In this document: positions 6,839-13,352 of the stretch, piece by piece | Layout: each line of letters starts with the position of its first letter | How positions within the stretch are numbered: position 1 is the first letter of the stretch | Assembly (NCBI GenBank): GCA_963663405.2 | Contig: CAXXSM010000137.1 | Span: 1 to 13,352 of the forward strand | DNA from: a bacterium | Lineage (GTDB): Bacteria > Hinthialibacterota > Hinthialibacteria > Hinthialibacterales > Hinthialibacteraceae | Length of the DNA: 13,352 nt | Reading direction: 5' to 3' | Notes under the pieces: model-generated | Seen by the model: the letters and a program-made list of their open reading frames with translations, nothing else | The model's database searches: none | Told to the model about the DNA's origin: nothing | Made by a program: the position numbers and the translations under genes

Positions 6839-9538
6839 TCACTTCTCTTTCTTCTTGCCCCAGACAACGATCTGATTGCCCTTACGTCCATATTCTACCA
6901 TCGTTCCAGGACACTCGAAACCGATCGCGTCAGGGGAATGAAAAACACTCATCGAGCGGGGGGGCGCGTCTGTATACACCCGCCGATTACACCAGGCCGC
7001 CGTGAGAGCGCGGCCTTTTGTATCCGCGAAGAGTTCATACGAATCTGACATTGGAGAAAATTTCGCGCGGAGATACGAGCCGTTGACCATGAGATATGTA
7101 AACCGCTTCGTTACGCGATTGCGGGAAAGAACCACGAGATCAGCGTCCGACTTGACGAATTCATTATCGATCCCTTTTCCCATATTGATTGCTATAATCT
7201 CTAAACCAGCGCGCCATTCCAACACCCGGATTCCCGGCAGTGGAAGAATCGCGTATTTCAATTCGAATTTCTCCCGCCCCCGCTGTTCGACCGTGGCGCA
7301 ATAGAAGAACGGCTCCTTGGGATTCGCCAGCTGCGCTTCAAAGAAACGGCCCATTACGCCAGTGGAATATCCCGCTTTGCGGATTGAATCGGGTGAGAAA
7401 AGAAGATTAAGAATTCCCGTTTTTTCCGTCTTGATGGCGCCAGCCCGTTCGGCGTTGCGGATAAGTTTCCATTCTTCTAAAGACATGTATTCCTCTTCTT
7501 CCTGCGCGTCTTTGGGAATGATGAAGAATGAGCCGGGGATTTCATCATCTACCGCGCTGACGCTCTCATCAGGCAATTGGACGTTGATGTATTCAATCCG
7601 CTTGGCGGAACTGGATTTCTCCGGAAAATGAGCGATCACCGAGATCGGAGGGCCGATCCCCCCTTGATGACGGTGAACGGCGATTGTCCGTCCCGTAGGT
7701 GAAAACGTATTCCAGCAGGAATAGATTGGCGTGATGAATGGAGTGGCCTCTTGTGGTGAATCAACCGAACCGGTTTCGATTAATGGGATTACGTAAGTTG
7801 ATGGCGCGATCTCTGTCGCGCTGGAAATCGATTCAGTGGAGGAGGGGATTTCATGATGCCACCGCCATTTCGTTTCATTGTCGTATGCGAAAAAACTATC
7901 GTGGTCAATCACAACCGTTCCGCCCCAGATCGTTTGTTTTGCCGCCTGTGATCCTAGCATAAACGATCCCCGTGGTGTGTGATTCGAAAACAAGGCGAAC
8001 CGATGACGGGGATAGGAGACAAAATCGGTTGTGTACTGATTGGCCCCGCTGGGCGCGGAAGGCGCATGCCAATAGAGGAATGTGTAGGGATGGGAATCTG
8101 TGTCCGCGGCGTAATCCGCCCAGACAACGCCCGCGTTCGAATCGGGATCATCCCGCGAAGCTAATAGATACAACGGCCCCCAGACCGGCGGCAGTTTTAG
8201 ATCCACCGGTTTACGCCAACCCGCTTCCCGCTCCTGAGGGGTCGGTGGTTCTTTAGGAGGCGTAAATGTCTTCGGCCGGGGCTGCATATACATTTCCAGT
8301 TGCTCCCGCAAGGTGAGCCGCCGCATGCCATCATTTAACGAATCTTTATAATCCAACGCGGAGACCGGCCCCACAAGGCCGGGATTGGGTGGAGGTTCAA
8401 TGGGAGATTCGGTTTCTTTACCCTCCTCTAATTCCGCATCCTCCTCTGGCAGAGCCGGCGGCGCCGCGACCATGAACAAGGCGCTTGAGTCCGGCGCCCA
8501 GGGATCGAGCATCGGGAACGTAATCCGTGGCAGAACGAGATGGGATGAGCCGGGAACGCGATGGGCTTCCAGCGCGGACACGATTTTCGTGTATGTTTCC
8601 TTCCGTCCGATGTGGGGGTATCCCATTCGTTTCATACATTCAATCCAGGGGATTGCAAGGTGGAGAATGGTCTCATAATACGGCAGCGGATGACGGAACT
8701 GATTATCCTCCGTCACAAGATTCTCCATCCCCTCTCGTGTAAGTGTCACCGCCCGGTATAAGTCTGGTAAAAACGTTTGAACGGCAAACAACTCGTCTTT
8801 TTCCCATTCAAAAGGATAGACCGAGATGCAGAATAGAGCGGTCATTCCCAGCGCGGCTCCTAACAGCGTTTTCTCTTCCGGTGAAAACCTGTCCGGTTCG
8901 GATGTGGAGCAAAAAACCGACAGCCGGTTGAGGATTCGCTTAAACCGTTGGTTGGGATCATGCCGGTCGATTGTGTCGATGCGGTTATAGATCGTATCGT
9001 AAAGGATCACATCCAACGCAAGCAGCGCCGCCTGCCGGGCGTCAAATTCAATGACGGGAAAACCCATTTCCGAGATCGATTCTTGGGGTTCGAAATAATC
9101 CAGCAACCGGTAGAATTCGATCTGCAATCCTTTCTCAGCCCATTTTTCCTGTTTCAGTCCATATTCACACGCTATCTCGCAGAGCGCCTGGGTATAGGCG
9201 GCCATATTTTCATCGTTCAGAAATTTGGGATTGAAGGTATCACTTTCATCAAACGGTCCCTCACCCAGCCAGCCGGGTGATTCTTTGTCAACGTACGCTT
9301 CCACTCGATCCCGGAACTCATCCCTTCGTTCTTCGAAAAATGGTTTGTTGATTAAATTGCGTGTTTTTCTAAAATGAATCCGATCCGCCAGGAGAAGGGG
9401 ATGGCCCCTTTCTTGGATGCGGGTGATAATCCGGTCCGGCACGGGAGGAATGATATCACTGGGTTGAGCGCATTCCGTCCTATGGCTGGTTATGATAACG
9501 AGAGCAATGATGAGGAATTTCAACATTCGATGGAACAT
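6839..9538 (-). CDS. Large exported hypothetical protein, possibly a heparinase II/III-like (alpha/alpha toroid + beta-sandwich) fold with a Pro/Glu-rich insertion
   Basis: 899-aa uninterrupted ORF with an N-terminal signal peptide (MFHRMLKFLIIALVIITS...ECA). It has an early 'HPLLL' motif, a helical first half and a beta-rich second half ending 'SDADLVVL...YLMVNGSYL'. The ORF is secure and the fold assignment is tentative. Confidence 0.75.
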   Translation of the reverse strand: MFHRMLKFLIIALVIITSHRTECAQPSDIIPPVPDRIITRIQERGHPLLLADRIHFRKTRNLINKPFFEERRDEFRDRVEAYVDKESPGWLGEGPFDESDTFNPKFLNDENMAAYTQALCEIACEYGLKQEKWAEKGLQIEFYRLLDYFEPQESISEMGFPVIEFDARQAALLALDVILYDTIYNRIDTIDRHDPNQRFKRILNRLSVFCSTSEPDRFSPEEKTLLGAALGMTALFCISVYPFEWEKDELFAVQTFLPDLYRAVTLTREGMENLVTEDNQFRHPLPYYETILHLAIPWIECMKRMGYPHIGRKETYTKIVSALEAHRVPGSSHLVLPRITFPMLDPWAPDSSALFMVAAPPALPEEDAELEEGKETESPIEPPPNPGLVGPVSALDYKDSLNDGMRRLTLREQLEMYMQPRPKTFTPPKEPPTPQEREAGWRKPVDLKLPPVWGPLYLLASRDDPDSNAGVVWADYAADTDSHPYTFLYWHAPSAPSGANQYTTDFVSYPRHRFALFSNHTPRGSFMLGSQAAKQTIWGGTVVIDHDSFFAYDNETKWRWHHEIPSSTESISSATEIAPSTYVIPLIETGSVDSPQEATPFITPIYSCWNTFSPTGRTIAVHRHQGGIGPPISVIAHFPEKSSSAKRIEYINVQLPDESVSAVDDEIPGSFFIIPKDAQEEEEYMSLEEWKLIRNAERAGAIKTEKTGILNLLFSPDSIRKAGYSTGVMGRFFEAQLANPKEPFFYCATVEQRGREKFELKYAILPLPGIRVLEWRAGLEIIAINMGKGIDNEFVKSDADLVVLSRNRVTKRFTYLMVNGSYLRAKFSPMSDSYELFADTKGRALTAAWCNRRVYTDAPPRSMSVFHSPDAIGFECPGTMVEYGRKGNQIVVWGKKKEK

Positions 9539-9694
9539 ATAGATTCCGCCTGTATGTGTTCAATCGCCTTGGAAGAGGGATTGGTACCTTTCATATCCTG
9601 TTTTTTCCGAAGAAAACACAAGACTGGGTCGTTGTTTTAGATTACAATAGATAGGATATCACAAACCCTCATAGGCGCCAGAAGGAGATGGATC

Positions 9695-10456
9695 ATGGAT
9701 ACTGTTATGAAAACTCTCCTCGCTAAAAAACTGAGCGGAATCGATGTGTTCACGATTGGCGTAATCGCGCTCGCGTTGATTGTGGGGTGGACTTTTTACG
9801 CGCATTCAGGAGTGAACGAGCAAGTGCTGAACAAATTGCGTCAACGGATGGTCGACCGGCAGATTCAAGGCAGGGGAGTGAAAGACAACAACGTGCTCGC
9901 CGTCATGCGCAAAGTGGAACGTCACAAGTTCGTTCCCGAAGATATGATCCGCTACGCGTACGATGACAATCCTCTGCCGATTGGTGAAGGCCAAACCATC
10001 TCTCAACCGTATATCGTAGCGTTAATGACCGAACTGCTGAAACTGAAGAAAACGGATACCGTTCTGGAGATTGGGACCGGGTCCGGCTATCAAGCGGCGG
10101 TGTTGGGCGAATTGGCGAAAGAGGTCTATACTATCGAGATTGTGGAAAAACTAGGCAAGCGCTCCAAGGAACTGCTCGAATCGCTGGGCTATAAAAATAT
10201 CCATGTCAAAATCGGTGACGGCTACCAGGGATGGCCTGAAGAAGCCCCATTCGACGCCGTCATCGTCACCGCCGCGCCCGACCATATCCCCCAGCCATTA
10301 GTCGATCAGTTGAAAGAAGGCGGCCGCATGGTAATCCCCGTCGGAAAAACCTACCAGGAACTGATCTTGATTTCCAAAACCGAAAAGGGAACCCAGAAAA
10401 AAGATATCATTCCTGTGCGGTTTGTGCCTATGACGGGGGAAGCGGGGGAACGGTGA
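9695..10456 (+). CDS. pcm: Protein-L-isoaspartate(D-aspartate) O-methyltransferase with an N-terminal hydrophobic segment
   Basis: Motifs: 'AYDDNPLPIGEGQTISQPYIVALM', 'VLEIGTGSGYQAAVL', 'GDGYQGWPEEAPFDAVIVTAA', 'QLKEGGRMVIPVG' and 'VRFVPM'. AAGGAG SD at 9682-9687. Confidence 0.96.
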   Translation: MDTVMKTLLAKKLSGIDVFTIGVIALALIVGWTFYAHSGVNEQVLNKLRQRMVDRQIQGRGVKDNNVLAVMRKVERHKFVPEDMIRYAYDDNPLPIGEGQTISQPYIVALMTELLKLKKTDTVLEIGTGSGYQAAVLGELAKEVYTIEIVEKLGKRSKELLESLGYKNIHVKIGDGYQGWPEEAPFDAVIVTAAPDHIPQPLVDQLKEGGRMVIPVGKTYQELILISKTEKGTQKKDIIPVRFVPMTGEAGER

Positions 10457-10460
10457 ATTC

Positions 10461-10488
10461 TCCGCTATAATAATAGTGGATTATTTCT
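10461..10488 (+). terminator. Probable intrinsic terminator of pcm
   Basis: Stem TCCGCTAT (10461-10468) pairs with ATAGTGGA (10473-10480), with one G-U pair and a 4-nt loop. It is followed by TTATTTCT and begins 4 nt after the pcm stop. Confidence 0.55.
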
Positions 10489-10495
10489 CATTGGA

Positions 10496-10553
10496 TTGTA
10501 ACGTGATATCTTAAACAGTATAAGTATTTTATTCTTGAATAAACAGTGTTTAT
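10496..10553 (+). promoter_or_regulatory. Candidate promoter and operator palindromes for the two-gene PIN module
   Basis: TTGTAA (10496-10501), 17 nt, TATAAG (10519-10524). Downstream are two overlapping palindromes, TTTATTC-tt-GAATAAA (10528-10543) and ATAAACA-g-TGTTTAT (10539-10553). The region is AT-rich, so chance matches are possible. Confidence 0.45.
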
Positions 10554-11379
10554 CATCATGAATGCGAATAGTGAGATTAGAATAGAGACTTTCGGTCATA
10601 CCGCTGAAATGTCCGCCCAAGACATCTCTGATATCCTGTTGGGTGTCACAGACGCCTTGCGTTATCTTTCCAGTGAAATTGACAAGGATATGAACGATGA
10701 TGAGTGGATCATAAATTATTTATCCATGCAATCACCACTTCTTGCTTGCGTTATATACAAAAGTGATAACAAGATAGGGTGCGAAACCAGAAAAGATTTT
10801 TTTCAAGGATTGGAATGTATACAATCAGGAAAAGAATTACCGATATTTTTTAACAAAAAAATCCTACAATCTATAAAAAAAGTATGTAACGTCGGACAGA
10901 AAATAAACGGCCAAATTAAAATATCTTCCGGTGAATATTGTTGTGTAATATCGACAAAGGAATTTGCCGCCAATCTGGAATCGATACTTAAAAAACTCGA
11001 GAGAACATTCCACTATGAATGGACTACTTTAATTGGTCAATTACAAGATGTTGATAGTAAGGATAAAAAAAGCGATCATGAACCTTGTTTATATTTATAC
11101 TCTAAATTGTATAATAATACTATAATATGCTATTTTAATGGTAAAATGTTCGAAGAAATTCGAGACAATCTTCAATTCAATCCGATCGATGTATCGATCT
11201 TTGGGAAAGTAAAATTTGATAAATACAATCAACCAGTAGAAATTGTTGAAATAACGCAATACAAAATACTGAAACCAAAAGTTAAATTTTCTGAAATAAA
11301 ACCGCATGGAATTTTAGATTTAACGGGGAGTGTTGATTCTGTTGATTATATCCAACAGGTTCGACAGGGTCATGAGTGA
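10546..11379 (+). CDS. Hypothetical protein, putative large antitoxin/partner of the downstream PIN protein
   Basis: 277-aa AT-rich ORF whose likelier start is the ATG at 10558. It has an alpha/beta N-terminal part, a beta-rich OB-like C-terminal part and the tail 'ILDLTGSVDSVDYIQQVRQ'. Its stop overlaps the next start (GTGATG, 11376-11381). Confidence 0.8.
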   Translation: MFIIMNANSEIRIETFGHTAEMSAQDISDILLGVTDALRYLSSEIDKDMNDDEWIINYLSMQSPLLACVIYKSDNKIGCETRKDFFQGLECIQSGKELPIFFNKKILQSIKKVCNVGQKINGQIKISSGEYCCVISTKEFAANLESILKKLERTFHYEWTTLIGQLQDVDSKDKKSDHEPCLYLYSKLYNNTIICYFNGKMFEEIRDNLQFNPIDVSIFGKVKFDKYNQPVEIVEITQYKILKPKVKFSEIKPHGILDLTGSVDSVDYIQQVRQGHE

Positions 11380-11930
11380 TGAGGATTACAGATTCGAAGC
11401 GAGTATTATGGGATACATGCATTGTTATCGATTTTATACAAATTATGCACAATCGGAATAATATATCTATTCCAAACAGCGATACAAAGTATTTTCATTC
11501 CATCTTAAAGATTTGGGATAAATATGAAAGAGGTGATATTGATATCTTTTGTTCGACGTTGGCAATCGTCGAGGCTGTGCATTTAAAAGGTATATTACCG
11601 CCAATGCAAGTTAAATATATTTTGGATTTTTTTGATTCCATACGGGATTCTGTAATCGCGGTTGGTATAGAAATAGCAATAAGAGCAAATCAAATTAGAA
11701 ATCTTAGTAATATAAGTCTTTGTCAATATGATTCGATTCATCTAGGCACAGCGCAAGTTATGAACTGCAATATAGTAATTACAAGAGACAACAAGAAACC
11801 AAGACCTTTCTTAGCAAGAGATAATCAGCACAAAACAGATAATGGAAACCGCATTAGAATATTAAAGCCGGAAGATTATATTGAAAAATGTGAAGTAGAG
11901 TTAAAAGTGGAACAAGAGGAAAAAGAATAG
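11376..11930 (+). CDS. PIN-domain (VapC-like) ribonuclease
   Basis: All four PIN acidic positions are present: 'VLWDTCIVI' (D), 'STLAIVEA' (E), 'YDSIHLGTA' (D) and 'VITRD' (D). The start is GTG 11376 or ATG 11379. Confidence 0.88.
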   Translation: MMRITDSKRVLWDTCIVIDFIQIMHNRNNISIPNSDTKYFHSILKIWDKYERGDIDIFCSTLAIVEAVHLKGILPPMQVKYILDFFDSIRDSVIAVGIEIAIRANQIRNLSNISLCQYDSIHLGTAQVMNCNIVITRDNKKPRPFLARDNQHKTDNGNRIRILKPEDYIEKCEVELKVEQEEKE

Positions 11931-12011
11931 GATATATTCAAGAATTTGAGATTGTCTTTCTTTACTAACAAGACAACTCTTGACAGATTTCTCGAAGATC
12001 ACTTTTTCCAT

Positions 12012-12082
12012 TTGATATTATTTTTAAAATTTCTGATAATGATAATAAAATGCGATCGTTAACATCTCCATTTAAACGATCG
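12012..12082 (+). promoter_or_regulatory. Candidate promoter and leader hairpin for the epimerase operon
   Basis: TTGATA (12012-12017), 17 nt, GATAAT (12035-12040). An inverted repeat CGATCGTT (12053-12060) / AACGATCG (12075-12082) lies in the leader. Confidence 0.4.
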
Positions 12083-12102
12083 ATCTGCGATGGTTGAGGC
12101 TT

Positions 12103-13116
12103 ATGAATGATTCTCTCTATGAACGGCGGTTTGCTGACCGGAGTGTTCTAATCACTGGTGGGATAGGCTTTGTGGGGTCGAATCTTGCGATCCGGCTGGT
12201 CTCGCTGGGCGCTCGTGTTACATTGCTGGATAATATGCTCCCCCTATATGGGGGGAATCTATTCAATATCGAAAGCATAAAAGACCGCGTACATGTTAAT
12301 TTCTGCGATGTGCGCGACCGGCCTTCGATCGAGTATCTTGTGAAGGGGCAGGAATACATCTTTCATCTGGCGGGGCAGGTCAGCCACGTTGACAGCGTCC
12401 TCGATCCATTCACCGATGTGGATATAAACGTGAATGGAACCCTCGCCGTTCTTGAGGCCTGCCGCCAATACAATCCGGCCGCGAAGATTATCTTCACCGG
12501 CACACGTGGGCAGTACGGTTCTTCGATAACGCTTCCTGTGAACGAAGACGCGCCCACCAATCCCAAAGGGATCTATGCGATCACCAATCTCGCCGCCGAG
12601 AAGATTATCCTGATGTACCACAACGTCCATCAGCTGCCGGTGTCTGCCTGCGCATCACGAACACCTATGGACCGCGCCACCATATGAAGCATAACCGCTA
12701 CGGCGTCGTCAATTGGTTCATCCGCATCGCGCTCGAAAATGAAACGATCCCGATCATGGGTGATGGCAAGATTATACGGATTATCTGTACATTGATGATC
12801 TGGTGGACGCGTTGCTCACGACCGCCGCATGTGAAGAGGCGTATGGGCAAATCTTCAATGTGGGCACTGAAAACCTACCGATTTCAATCAATTGGGGGAA
12901 GCCATTGTCCGGATTGCGGGTTCAGGCTGCTGCGCTTTCGCTCCGTTTTCCAAAGAACGGAAACATGTCGAACCAGGGCATTACTACGCGGACATAACTA
13001 AAATCCAATCGCAGCTGGGATGGGAACCGCGCGTCTCTCTCGAAGAGGGGCTCAGCCGGACCATCGAGTTTTACCGCCGGAACCGGGAACACTATTGGAG
13101 GACGGAACATGCGTGA
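12103..13116 (+). pseudogene. NAD-dependent epimerase/dehydratase (extended SDR), frameshifted as given (probably sequencing errors); about 338 aa when restored
   Basis: 'VLITGGIGFVGSNL' and 'IFHLAGQVS' are present. Adding one base at each of 12639-12640, 12778-12779 and about 12869-12873 restores 'CLRITNTYGPR', 'RDYLYIDDLVDA' and 'FNVGTGKPT', leading into '[22 protein letters not shown]'. This joins the ORFs at 12094, 12684, 12803 and 12892. Confidence 0.88.
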
Positions 13117-13352
13117 AATGCCCGTCCTCGTCACTGCGGTTGGATCAACCACCGCGCTCTCCGTTATCAAGGGACTGCGCGCGCAGGAGGAATATCCAGT
13201 ACGCGTCATAGGCACGGATACTCACTCCCCACCGGATATTGCGGGCTCAACCTTTTGCGACACCTTTTACACTGTCCATCCTGCGTCGCATCCCGATTAC
13301 TTTACCCAGCTGTTGGAAATCGCTTCCTATGAAAGCGCGCGGGTATTGATTC
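13109..13352 (+). CDS. ATP-grasp protein (CarB/PylC-like N-terminal domain), 3' truncated by window edge
   Basis: Not in the ORF track. GGAGG SD at 13097-13101, and the ATG at 13109 overlaps the epimerase end. It reads [37 protein letters not shown]...[37 protein letters not shown], the pre-ATP-grasp pattern common in polysaccharide loci. Confidence 0.8.
   Translation, partial: MREMPVLVTAVGSTTALSVIKGLRAQEEYPVRVIGTDTHSPPDIAGSTFCDTFYTVHPASHPDYFTQLLEIASYESARVLI

Noticed and set aside
5292-6891. Several short ORFs overlapping glcD on both strands
   Set aside because: Alternative-frame or antisense shadows of a well-conserved gene.
6818-9640. Multiple 60-110 aa ORFs overlapping the 899-aa ORF
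   Set aside because: Mostly antisense, a few in other minus-strand frames. None has recognisable motifs or a convincing start context.
1182-10492. 12-bp match TTATTTCTCATT at 1182-1193 and 10481-10492
   Set aside because: AT-rich, and one copy is simply the dctP start codons. The enclosed DNA is mostly ordinary host genes, so this is likely chance.
11948-11985. TTGACA at 11980-11985 as a promoter, and the TTGTCTT/AAGACAA hairpin (11952-11976) as a terminator
   Set aside because: No -10 box at the right spacing. The hairpin is weak with an 11-nt loop and no proper U-tract.
12117-13215. Minus-strand ORFs and 13020..13211 overlapping the epimerase/ATP-grasp genes
   Set aside because: Shadow frames of recognisable plus-strand genes.
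1-13352. CRISPR array, rRNA/tRNA, transposase or integrase
   Set aside because: No regularly spaced repeats, RNA-gene signatures or recombinase motifs were seen.

Overview
A bacterial chromosomal window of mostly host-like genes interrupted by AT-rich accessory segments. Left to right: the 3' end of a MoeB/ThiF-family gene; a stand-alone TRAP substrate-binding lipoprotein (DctP); a secreted WD40/beta-propeller gene broken by six +1 homopolymer frameshifts; a membrane-anchored class I methyltransferase; a lipoprotein alpha/beta-hydrolase with a near-consensus sigma70 promoter; a DUF1778-GNAT toxin-antitoxin operon with a clear promoter/operator, flanked by a 9-bp direct repeat and followed by a 91-nt hairpin; a GlcD-type FAD oxidase; an 899-aa exported protein resembling a degenerate heparinase II/III-type lyase; pcm with an N-terminal membrane segment; an AT-rich, translationally coupled two-gene module (about 273-aa unknown protein plus an intact PIN nuclease); and the start of a sugar-modification operon (NAD-dependent epimerase with three -1 frameshifts, then an ATP-grasp protein). 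The best candidate for an undescribed system is the unknown-protein + PIN module. It looks like a toxin-antitoxin or defence pair with an oversized, multi-domain antitoxin. All family assignments come from motif recognition by eye, and no database search was run.
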